Shown: positions 1-10,308 of the stretch, one piece after another
Layout: each line of letters starts with the position of its first letter
How positions within the stretch are numbered: the stretch's first letter is position 1
NCBI GenBank assembly: GCA_963767925.1
Contig: CAVYGB010000008.1
Coordinates: 416,001-480,000, forward strand
DNA from: an uncultured delta proteobacterium
Lineage (GTDB): Bacteria; Myxococcota_A; Polyangia; Fen-1088
Length of the DNA: 64,000 bases
Direction: 5' to 3'
Notes under the pieces: generated by a model
The model's input: only the letters and a program-made list of their open reading frames with translations
What the model was told of the DNA's origin: nothing
The model's database searches: none
Translations under genes and position numbers: made by a program

Positions 1-1467
1 GCCGAGGCGCTCTATGTCGCCCTCGACGAGGGCTCGGGTAACGCCACCGTGCTGCTCGACGACGCGGCCTCGCGCACCAACGTGATGCCGGCCGGCATGA
101 CCAACAGCATCGTCGACATCGACGTCGCCTACCTGGCCTGGCAGGCCGGGCTCGGCCCCAAGCCCACGCCCCGTCGCTGCGGCGGCGCGCTCTTCCTCAA
201 CGCCTGGTTCGGTGAGCCGGTCCCCGCTGGCAAGTGTGACAACGGCCTGACCTGGACCACCGCCTTCTGCTCCACCGGCTCGAACCCCTGGTCCGCGGTC
301 TCCGGCACCACCGCCCCGATGAACAGCTACATGCAGCTCACCCAGCCGGGCGGCAAATACAAGCGCGCCCTCGTGATCTCGGGCGGCTGCGGCCCGATGA
401 AGGCCGTGCTGAGCGAGACCTACGTGCACATGTGGGAGCGCAACTACGACTTGCCCGCGGTGGCCTGCACCGCCGAGAGCAACGCCTCCTTCTGCTCGCG
501 CTGGGGCCGCAACTGCGGCGCCGTGACCGGCACCGACAATTGCGGCAACGCGCGCACCGTCTCGAGCTGCGGCACCTGCGCCTCGCCCAACTCCTGCGGC
601 GGCGACGGCCGGGCCAACATCTGCGGCAGCAGCAGCGTGAAGCGCTTCGAGGCCGAGGGCCTCGGGCACGTGCTGAACGGCTCGGCGGTCCACAACGTCT
701 GCTTCCAGGCCTTCACCAAGATGATCGTCCCCGGGGCGGACCCCGGCGCCATCACGGGGGCCTGCTCGGGCGGCGCCCGCATCCGCTACATCGGGAACGG
801 CTCGAACAACTACGTCACGATGAACAACATCAACGTCCCCTCGGCCGGCAACTACACGATGGCCGTGTACGCCATGGCCAAGGACGCCCGCACCTTCAGC
901 ATCAGCGTCAACGGCGGCGCCACCAAGACCCTCAACGTGCAGACCCCCGACTTCGCCACCGCCCTCCCCTTCAACCTGTCGGTGGCCCTGAACGCCGGGA
1001 ACAACAACATCAAGTTCTTCAACAACTCGGCCTACGCCCCCGACCTCGACCGCATCGTCGTGACGAGCGCCACCGCCACCTGCACCGCCGAGAGTAACGC
1101 CGCCTTCTGCAGCCGGGTGGCCAAGAACTGCGGCGCGGTCACGGCGGCCGACAACTGCGGTGTCACCCGCACCGTCGCGAGCTGCGGCACCTGCACCTCG
1201 CCCCAGACCTGCGGCGGCAACGGCACGGCCAACGTCTGCGGGGGCGGCTCGTCCGGCGGCGGCGGCGGCGGCTCCTGCGCCTCGGCCTACTCGCAGGCCT
1301 CCTGCCTCCTCTACTACCAGGGGGCGGTCGTCTCGAGCGGGGGCCGGAACTGGACCTGCGCCAACGGCAACTGCATGAACTGCGCGGGCCACGCCACCTG
1401 CGCCCCCGGCGCCAGCGGCTGCCCCTGGGGCGTGGTCTGGACCGACACCGGCACCTGCGGCAACTGA
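1..1467 (+). CDS. Secreted modular carbohydrate-binding protein, 5' truncated by the window edge: two Cys-rich repeats flanking a CBM6/CBM35-like domain, plus a C-terminal CBM5/12-like Cys/Trp module
   Basis: Frame is open from base 1. Shows FEAE...CSGG...IGNG...VNG...LNAGNNxIKF...APDLDRI (CBM35-like), a duplicated 54-aa Cys module, and a YYQGAVVSSGGRNWTC...PWGVVWTDTGTC tail. Confidence 0.7.
   Translation, partial: AEALYVALDEGSGNATVLLDDAASRTNVMPAGMTNSIVDIDVAYLAWQAGLGPKPTPRRCGGALFLNAWFGEPVPAGKCDNGLTWTTAFCSTGSNPWSAVSGTTAPMNSYMQLTQPGGKYKRALVISGGCGPMKAVLSETYVHMWERNYDLPAVACTAESNASFCSRWGRNCGAVTGTDNCGNARTVSSCGTCASPNSCGGDGRANICGSSSVKRFEAEGLGHVLNGSAVHNVCFQAFTKMIVPGADPGAITGACSGGARIRYIGNGSNNYVTMNNINVPSAGNYTMAVYAMAKDARTFSISVNGGATKTLNVQTPDFATALPFNLSVALNAGNNNIKFFNNSAYAPDLDRIVVTSATATCTAESNAAFCSRVAKNCGAVTAADNCGVTRTVASCGTCTSPQTCGGNGTANVCGGGSSGGGGGGSCASAYSQASCLLYYQGAVVSSGGRNWTCANGNCMNCAGHATCAPGASGCPWGVVWTDTGTCGN
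466..1242 (+). repeat. Intragenic duplication of a 162-nt Cys-rich module (466-627 and 1081-1242)
   Basis: CTAESNASFCSRWGRNCGAVTGTDNCG...ANICG versus CTAESNAAFCSRVAKNCGAVTAADNCG...ANVCG. Confidence 0.9.
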
Positions 1468-1493
1468 GCAGCGGCTGACATAGACCGACGGTT

Positions 1494-1532
1494 CGGGGGT
1501 CCGGAGGCAATCCGGGCCCCCGCGCTCATTTC
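1494..1532 (+). terminator. Probable intrinsic terminator
   Basis: CGGGGGTCCGGA-GGCAA-TCCGGGCCCCCG hairpin about 26 nt after the stop codon, followed by a weak T-rich tail (CTCATTTC). Confidence 0.55.
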
Positions 1533-1608
1533 TGCGTCTGCCTGCGGCATCCGTCGCTCAGGTCCTAGAGATACGCGGTCCGCGGTGGTAGACGTAGCGC
1601 CTCACGCG

Positions 1609-3693
1609 ATGACCGAATCCCCCGCCCACGTTCCGGGCCGTCCCGGCCTGCTCGAGCGCCTGAGCGATCGGCAGACCTCGCTGCTCGTGATCCTCATCGG
1701 CCTGCTGCTCTACATCCCCTTCGCCGGCAGCTACGGCCTGTGGGATCCCTGGGAGACCCACTACTCCGAGGTCGCCCGCCAGATGACCAAGCGGGGCGAC
1801 TTCATCAGCCTGTGGTGGCCGGGATCGCCGCGCGACCAGGCCGAGTTCTGGTCCAAGCCGGTGCTCACCTTCTGGATGATGAGCATCGGGATGCACGTCG
1901 CCGGCATCGGTCTGCCGGGCGGGGCGCCCGAGGAGATGGCGGTCGGCAACCGGGCCGAGTGGGCGGTGCGGGTGCCCTTCTGCCTGATGGGCGTGCTGGC
2001 GATGTACGCCGTCTACCTGGTGACCGTCCCGCTTCGTCAGCCGGCGGGCGGGCGTGCTGGCGGCGGTGGTGCTCGGGCACCTGTCCGATGTTCAGCCTGG
2101 TCGCCCGGCAGGCCATGACCGACATGGCCTTCGTCGGCCCCATGACGATGGCCCTGGCGCTGGGCATCCTCGCCCTGTTCGACGATCGGGACGAGGAGCT
2201 GCCGCGGCGGCGGCTGGCGGCGTTCGGCGGCCGCCTGAGCTGGCCCCACCACCCGGTCTTCTACATCGACCATCGGCCTGTTCGCGCTGCTGACCTGCCC
2301 CAGCTGATCGTCGATTCGTTCCAGCTCAAGGTGCGGGTCCCGATCGGGGGACGGCACGCTCCTGATGTACGGCGTCGTGGCCATGATCCCGTACTGGGTG
2401 GGCTTTCTGCGGGTTCATCGTGCTGGCCGCCCGCTTCGTGCGCTACAAGGCGCCGCTGTACCTGTCGATCGCGGCCATGTTGTGTGGGCTGGCGGTGCTG
2501 GCCAAGGGGCTGGCCGGGCTGGGCCTGCCGGTGATCGTGTTCCTGGCCTACCTGACCTTCACCTGGAACTGGCGCCGGCTGCGGCGGGCCCAGATCCTGC
2601 CCGGGCTGCTGCTGGCGTCGCTGGCGCCTGCGTGGTGGTGGCGGTGCCCTGGCACCACGCCATGTACATCCGCCACGGCGGCCCCTGGTGGAACGAGCTG
2701 TTCGGCGACAACCACTGGCGCCGCATGGTGCTGGGCCGCCACGGCGATCGCGGCACCTTCGAGTACTTCCTGCGCGAGCTGGGCTACTGCGCTGCTGCCC
2801 TGGCTGGCGGCTGGCCCCGGCGGCCCTGGCCGCGGTGGCCATGCGCAAGGTGCGAGGACGTGCGCCGGCAGGCGATCTACTGGCTGGGGGCGATCTGGTT
2901 CGTGGCCGCCTACGCGGTGGTCTCGAACTCGATGACCAAGTTCCACCACTACATCCTGCCGGCCATCCCCGGGCTGGCGATCGTGATCGGCTGCTTCCTC
3001 GACGAGCTGTGGGTCAAGCGCGACGCCAGCCGGGGCCGCCTGGTGGCGCTGATCGGGCATGCCGCCTTGCTGGTGGTCGTGATGCAGGATCTGGTCAACA
3101 CCAAGAACGCCTCGCAGCTGTTCCTCTGGCTGTTCTCCTACGACTACGTGCACAGCCCGCGCGGTCGCCCCTGGCCCGACCAGCTGGACTTTCTCCACGC
3201 CCTTGCTCGTCTTCGGGGCGCTGTTCGCCGTCGTGACGGTGGGGCTGGCCTTCCGGCGCCTGGTGCGGCCCGGCCATCGTCGGGCTGAGCCTGGTCGGCG
3301 GTCGCGTTCACCTGGTTCCTGCTCGACGTCTACATGGTGAAGGTGGCGCCCTACTGGTCGCAGAAGTACGGCATCGCCGCCTACTACAAGCACCGGCGGT
3401 CACCCGAGGAGAAGCTGGTCGCTTACCAGATGTACTGGCGGGGCGAGACCTTCTACACGAAGAACGAGATCTACGAGGGCCCGATGGAGGACCGCACCGT
3501 CTTCGACATGGAGGCGGCCGACGAGAAGCTCGGCACCTGGATCTCGAGCCACCGCGGCCGCCGGGTCTACTTCATCTTCGAGCGCGGCCGCCAGGGCCGG
3601 CTGCAGGGGCTGTTGCCGGCCGAGGCCCGGGCGTCGTTCACCGTCATCTACGACACGAACAACAAGTTCTCGGTCGCCTACGCCGAGATCTAG
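1609..3693 (+). CDS. ArnT/PMT-like GT-C membrane glycosyltransferase (multiple apparent frameshifts)
   Basis: Motifs LWDPWETHYSEVARQM, FWSKPVLTFW, ARQAMTDM, GLAVLAKG and TKFHHYILPAIP are spread over ORFs 1585-2118, 1740-2534, 2420-2935, 2365-3288 and 3334-3693. Confidence 0.8.
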
Positions 3694-3747
3694 GGATCGG
3701 TGCACGCGGCCCGGACCGGGGGCCCGCCCATGCGGTATAAGGGCGGG

Positions 3748-4884
3748 GTGGAGCGGCGTACGTTCCTGCAGGCGCCGGCCGCCGGCCTGGCGGCGGTCGC
3801 GGAAGCCCGACCGGAGGTCACCCCCCGCTACCGGGTGGTGACCGCTTACCGGCCCCTGCTGCGGGCCGGGATGCCGGGGCCCTGGCCCGGGCGGGTGGTG
3901 CGCACGCGCGCGTCCCGCAGCATCGACGAAAAGAGCGACCGGGTCGACCGGGCGGTTGTGCGCGAGATGCTCGGGCAGGGGATCTGCCGCCTCACCGGGG
4001 AGGGGGACCGCCGGCGCGCCTGGGGGCGGCTGTTTTCGCCGGAGGACGTGGTGGGCATCAAGGTCAACTGCTCGGGCTGGCCCCACGTTGTCTCCTCGCC
4101 GGAGCTCGTCGCCGAGGTCGTCGACAGCCTGCTGGCCCTGGGGGTGACGGCCGACCGCATCTGGCTGTACGAACGTTTCGTCAACCAGCTCCGCGGGATC
4201 GACTACGGCCGCCACCTGCCGGCCGGGGTGAAGCAGCTCGGCTCCGACGAGCCCGGGAGCACGGGCGGCCATTACGACGCCTTCACCTACGTGGAGACCG
4301 ACTTCTTCGGCGAAGACGACACGAGGTCCAACCTGATCCGGGCCATCGGCGAGCGCTTCACCAAGATCGTCAACATCGCCAACATCAAGGACCACGGGGC
4401 GTCGGGCGCCACTGGCTGCCTCAAGAACATCGCCTACGGCAGCTTCTCCAACGTGGCCCGCTCGCACGAGTTCGCCAACGGCCGCAGCCACACCCGGTCT
4501 TTCATCGGCACGCTGGCGGCGGTCGAGCCGCTGCGCTCGCGCACGGTGCTGCAGATCGTGGACGGCCTGCGGGGGGTCTGGCACGGCGGCCCCTTCGCCC
4601 GCAGCCTCCGCTACGTGTTTTATCCCAAGCAGATCTGGCTGGGCAGCGACCCGGTGGCGCTCGACCGGCTGCTGCTCGACGTGGTGGAGGAGGAGCGGCG
4701 GCGCCGGGGGGCGCCCTCGATCTACGATCGCGATCCCGGGCGGCTGGGCACGCGCGAGCAGCGGGACGCCGATCCGAAGGTGGAGGTGCTGATCCGGGAG
4801 CCCGGGCACGTCGCCTTCGCGGCCCGCCTGGGGCTGGGGGTGGCCGAGCCGCGCCGGATGGCGGTGGCGGACCTGGAGATATGA
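3748..4884 (+). CDS. DUF362-family protein with twin-arginine (Tat-like) N-terminus
   Basis: Motifs VVGIKVN and KDHGASGATGCLKNIAYG, plus DPVALD. A GTG start at 3748 puts ERRTFL at the N-terminus. Confidence 0.75.
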   Translation: MERRTFLQAPAAGLAAVAEARPEVTPRYRVVTAYRPLLRAGMPGPWPGRVVRTRASRSIDEKSDRVDRAVVREMLGQGICRLTGEGDRRRAWGRLFSPEDVVGIKVNCSGWPHVVSSPELVAEVVDSLLALGVTADRIWLYERFVNQLRGIDYGRHLPAGVKQLGSDEPGSTGGHYDAFTYVETDFFGEDDTRSNLIRAIGERFTKIVNIANIKDHGASGATGCLKNIAYGSFSNVARSHEFANGRSHTRSFIGTLAAVEPLRSRTVLQIVDGLRGVWHGGPFARSLRYVFYPKQIWLGSDPVALDRLLLDVVEEERRRRGAPSIYDRDPGRLGTREQRDADPKVEVLIREPGHVAFAARLGLGVAEPRRMAVADLEI

Positions 4885-5822
4885 TCCCGGCCGCGCTCTT
4901 CACCTTCGCCCAGCTCCTCTACTGGGAGCAGGGCAGCGTGTCGGCGGACGAGCTGCGCCAGCAGGGGATCACCCGCATCGCCGCGCCTCCCGGGCAGGTA
5001 GCGGCCTGGCAGAAGGCAGGCCTGCAGGTGGTGCCGCTGTCGGCCGAGGATCGAAGGGCGCGGATCCCGCTCGACGCGCCGGGGGTGGACACCGACGCGG
5101 TGGCCTCGGCGACCCAGCGCCCCTGGATCGACGCCAGCGGCTGGCGCTTCCTGCGTCAGCCCGGAGCCCGGTTCTTCCAGGCGGCCCCCGCGGGTCGGGG
5201 ACCGCTGGCGGTGGCCGAGGCCCACCTCTATGGCGCCGACGTTGTCGTGGCGATCGAGCCCGGCGATCTGGCCAGCGTGGCGAAGGTGCTGGCCCAGCTC
5301 CGCGCGGTCCCGGCGGTGCCCTGGCCCGACCTGGCTCAGATCGAGGTTGTCGACGACGGCTCCGAGCTGGTGGGCGAGGTGATGAACCTGCTGTCCCGGC
5401 GCAACCTGCTGTGGCGGCCGCGACGGGGCCCCGGCGCCCCGCCGCCGGGAGAGCCACTCGTCGTGGAGCTCGGCACCTCCACCTTTCCCAGGGAGCTGGC
5501 CCGATCGCCCAGCGAGCTCGCCTACCAGCTCCGCCGCCGGCTGGGTGACGATCGGCGCTGGCTGCGCGTGTTTGGATCGGAGGCGGTGCTGGGCCGGGTG
5601 CAGGGAGAAGGGGGGCGGGTACGGATCTCGTTGCTCCACCACGGCGGTGGCCTCCGGGAGGGGGTGCGGCTGCGGCTGCGGGGCCGTTCCGGGGAGGCGA
5701 CGGCCGTGACCGATCACGTCCTCGCGCGCGCGCCGCTCTACCAGCAGACGGCAGGCGTCGCCACCGAGCTCACTGTGCCGCCCTTCCGGACCTGGGCGGT
5801 CGTGGATCTGGCGCGCCGCTGA
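4881..5822 (+). CDS. Hypothetical protein, translationally coupled to the DUF362 gene
   Basis: ATGA overlap with the upstream stop, 313-aa ORF, plausible codon usage. Confidence 0.65.
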   Translation: MIPAALFTFAQLLYWEQGSVSADELRQQGITRIAAPPGQVAAWQKAGLQVVPLSAEDRRARIPLDAPGVDTDAVASATQRPWIDASGWRFLRQPGARFFQAAPAGRGPLAVAEAHLYGADVVVAIEPGDLASVAKVLAQLRAVPAVPWPDLAQIEVVDDGSELVGEVMNLLSRRNLLWRPRRGPGAPPPGEPLVVELGTSTFPRELARSPSELAYQLRRRLGDDRRWLRVFGSEAVLGRVQGEGGRVRISLLHHGGGLREGVRLRLRGRSGEATAVTDHVLARAPLYQQTAGVATELTVPPFRTWAVVDLARR

Positions 5823-5838
5823 GACGCATCGAGTGCGG

Positions 5839-8800
5839 TCACTGGAAGTTGCGCGAGACGTCCCCCTCCAGGGGCGAGCCGGCGAGCGGCTCGAAGCGTT
5901 CGGCCATCAAGGTGATGACGCCGTCCCGGTTCTGCACCACCCCCTCGATCACGAGGGCGGGGTGAGCCAGGATGACCTTGCGCCACTGCTCGAAGCGATC
6001 CGGGTAGACGATGGCGTTGGAGAACCCGGTCTCGTCCTCCAGGGTGACGAACACGACCCCCTTGGCGGTGCCCGGGCGCTGTCGCACCACGACGATCCCG
6101 CCGATGCGGGCCCGGGCTCCATCGGGTAGCTGGGCCAGGGCGGCCGCGCGGGTGATCCCCCGGCGCTCGAGCTGGGCCCGCACGAAGGTGACCGGGTGGT
6201 CGCCGGTGGTCACGCCCGGAGCCGCGGAACTCGGCGATGGTCTCCTCGTAGGCGCTCATCTCCGGCAGGGGCGAGGGGGAGGGCTCCTCCTCGGGCGCCT
6301 GCGCCGGCCGCGGGCCCGATCGAAGAGCGGGCCCGACCGGCCCAGCGCCTCCACCTGCCAGATCGCCTGGCGCCGGGTCCCGCCCAGGCGGGCGAAGGCC
6401 CCCACCTCGGCCAGGCGTGGCCCGCTCGGCCTCGTTGCTGGGAACCCGCGCATGAAAATCGTCGAGCGAGGTGAACGGCCGCACCGCCGCCTCCTGGGCG
6501 ATCCGGCGGCCGATGGTCTCGCGCAGCCCGTGCACCTGGCGCAGGCCCAGCCGCACCGCCAGGGCCCCGGTCTGCTCCACCCGCTCCAGGGTGGAGAGCC
6601 AGGGGGACACCTGCACGTCGATGGGCAGGGTCTCGATGCCGTGGCGGTGGGCGTCCGAGACCAGGGTGGCCGGGTGATAAAAGCCCATCGGCCAGTTGTT
6701 GAGCAGCGCGCACAGGAAGGCGGCCCCGTGGTGGGCCTTGAGGTAGGCCGAGGCGTAGGCGATGAGGGCGAACGAGGCGGCGTGCGACTCGGGGAAGCCA
6801 TAGAGGGCGAACGACTTGATCCCCTGCGACGATCTCCTCCTGGGCGGCGCGCGGCGATCCCCTTGCGGTTCATGCCCGCGCGCAGGTCCCGCTCGATCTC
6901 GTGTCATGCGTTCCTGCGAGCGCTTGAACCCCATGGCCCGGCGCAGCTCCTCGGCCTGGCCGCCGGTGAAGCCGGCCGCCGCCATCGCCATGCGGATCAG
7001 CTGCTCCTGAAACAGCGGCACCCCCAGGGTGCGCTTCAGGATCGGCTCCAGGGAGGGGTGGGGGTAGGTGACCGTCGTGCGCGTCCCGCCGCCGCTGCAG
7101 GTAGGGGTTCACCATCTTGCCCACGATGGGGCCGGGCCGGATGATCGCCACCTCGACCACCAGGTCGTAGAAGCGCTCGGGCAACATGCGCGGCAAGGTG
7201 GCCATCTGGGCCCGCGACTCCACCTGGAACACCCCCACCGTGTCGGCGGCGCGCAACATGTCGTAGACCGTCGGGATCGTCGGGCGGCAGGTGGGCGTAG
7301 TCGAGATCGATCCCCTCGTGATCGCGGATCAGCGGGACGGCGTCCTCCAGCACCGCCAGCATGCCCAGGCCCAGCAGGTCCACCTTGACGACGCCCAGGT
7401 CGGCGCAGTCGTCCTTGTCCCATTGCACCACCACCCGGCCCGGCATGCTGGCCGGCTCCAGCGGCACCACCTCGTCCAGGTGGCCGGCGCAGATCACCAT
7501 GCCGCCCGAGTGTTGCCCGAGGTGGCGGGGCAGGTTGAGCGAGCTGGGTGGCCACCTCGGCCAGCAGCCGGGTGCGGGGCTCGCTGGCGGGAAAGCCGGC
7601 GTCCTCGATGTAGGCCGACAGCGGGCCGCTCGTTGTCGACGATCCAGTGGGGGAGCTGCTTGGCGAGCTGGTTGAGCTGGCTCTTCGGAGAAGCCCAGGG
7701 CCCGCCCGGCGTCTCGCACCGCCATGCGCGGGCGGTAGGTGATCACGTTGGCGGTCATGCCGACGCCGCGCTCGCCGTACTTGCGGTAGACGTACTGGAT
7801 CACCTCCTCCCGGCGATCGCCCGAGGGCAGATCGAGATCGATGTCGGGCATGCGATCGGCCGCGTCGGTGGCGCTCTTGACCCGCTCCTCGGAGAGGAAG
7901 CGCTCGAACAGCAGCTCCATCCCCACCGGGTCGACGGCGGTGATGCCGAGCGCGTAGCAGAGGGCGGAGTTGGCGGCCGAGCCGCGACCCTGCACCAGGA
8001 TGCCCCGCCGGCGGGCGTACTGGACGATGTCCCAGACCAGCAGGAAATACCCGGCCAGCCCCAGCCGGCCGATGATGCGCAGCTCGTGCTCGAGCTGGCG
8101 GCGGGCCTTGTCGCCGAGCGGCCGGAAGCGATCGCGGGCGCCCATCCAGGTGATGGCCTCCAGGTAGCTCTGCTCGGTCTCGTCGGGGCCCACCGGGTAG
8201 GTGGGGAAGACGTAGCCCAGGTCGGCCAGGGTGAAGCGGCAGCGCTCGGCGATGACCCGGGTGGCCCGCACGGCGTCGGGCCGATCGCGGAACAGCGCCG
8301 CCATCGCGGCGGGGGGCTTGAGGTGGCGCTCGGCGTTGCGCAGGAGCTGGCGCCCGACCGCATCGACGGTGGTCTTCAGGCGCGCGCAGGTCAACACGTC
8401 GTGCGCCCGGCGGAGGCGGGGATGGGCGTAGCGCACGTCGTTGGTGGCGACGATCCCCAGCCCGGCGGCCTCGGCGGTGGCCACCGCGCAGCGGTTGCGG
8501 TGGGCCTCGGCGTCGTCGAGGTGGCGGTGCAGCTCGACGTACACGTTCCCCCGGCCGAAGATGTCGCGCAGCCGGACCAGGTCGGGGCGCGGCTCGGCGC
8601 CGGTCAGGGCGATCAGGCCGGCGGCGTGTTCGGCCAGCAGCGCCTCGCTGGCGGCGCCTTCGCCCTTGGGCCGCCCTTGCTTGGCGGCGGTCAGCAGCCG
8701 GCAGAGGTTGCGATAGCCCACCCGGTCCTGCACCAGCAGCAGCAGGGGCGGGGGCGGGGGGCTCCCGGGCTCCTCGGGGCCGGAGGTGAGGGTGACGTCG

Positions 8801-9006
8801 GCTCCCACCAGCGGCCGCAGCGTCCCCACCTTGCGGGCGCTCCGGAAGAAGCGGGGCGCGCCGTAGAGGCCGTCCCGGTCGCCGAGCGCGACAGCGTCGT
8901 AGCCCAGCTCGGCGGCGCTGGTGGCGAGATCTTCGGGCAGCGAGGCCCCGTCGAGGAAGCTGAAGGCCGATCGGCAACGCAACTCGACGTACGGGGCGGG
9001 TGGCAT
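5839..9006 (-). CDS. dnaE2: Error-prone DNA polymerase DnaE2/ImuC (multiple apparent frameshifts)
   Basis: PHP start [25 protein letters not shown], catalytic [35 protein letters not shown]-fold RQRPGTAKG and the DnaE2-type C-terminal SRNFQ motif. Confidence 0.92.
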
Positions 9007-9017
9007 GGATCCAGGGT

Positions 9018-9037
9018 AACTGATCTTCTGTTCAGTT
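9018..9037. promoter_or_regulatory. Putative LexA (SOS) operator in the dnaE2 promoter
   Basis: AACTGATC-TTCT-GTTCAGTT is an imperfect palindrome with a CTGAwC-N4-GTTCAG core, resembling the Myxococcus-type LexA box. It lies immediately upstream of a TACCCT -10-like hexamer. Confidence 0.65.
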
Positions 9038-9094
9038 GTACACGTCCGCGGCGATCGACGCAGGCTGGCGCCGCGGCAGCTACAGTAATGGGCG

Positions 9095-10183
<1,089 letters not shown>

Positions 10184-10208
10184 GACGCCATCCACCGCAG
10201 GGGGGGCG

Positions 10209-10304
10209 CCCCTCACCCGCGCAGACCTGCCGACCTCTCCCCACGGCAAACCGCGGGGAGAAGTGAAGGCGCTCTGTCGGGGTGAGCGGCCGCCGTCGGC
10301 AGGT
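10209..10304. repeat. REP-like palindromic element between convergent genes
   Basis: CCCTCACCC...CGACCTCTCCCC...GGGGAGAAGTGA layout with nested inverted repeats. Confidence 0.5.
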
Positions 10305-10308
10305 GTGG

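Noticed and set aside
5839..9006. Programmed frameshifting or true pseudogene status for dnaE2 and the other broken genes
   Set aside because: Too many shifts, no slippery sites seen at the shifts I traced, and motifs intact. Sequencing or consensus error is more parsimonious.
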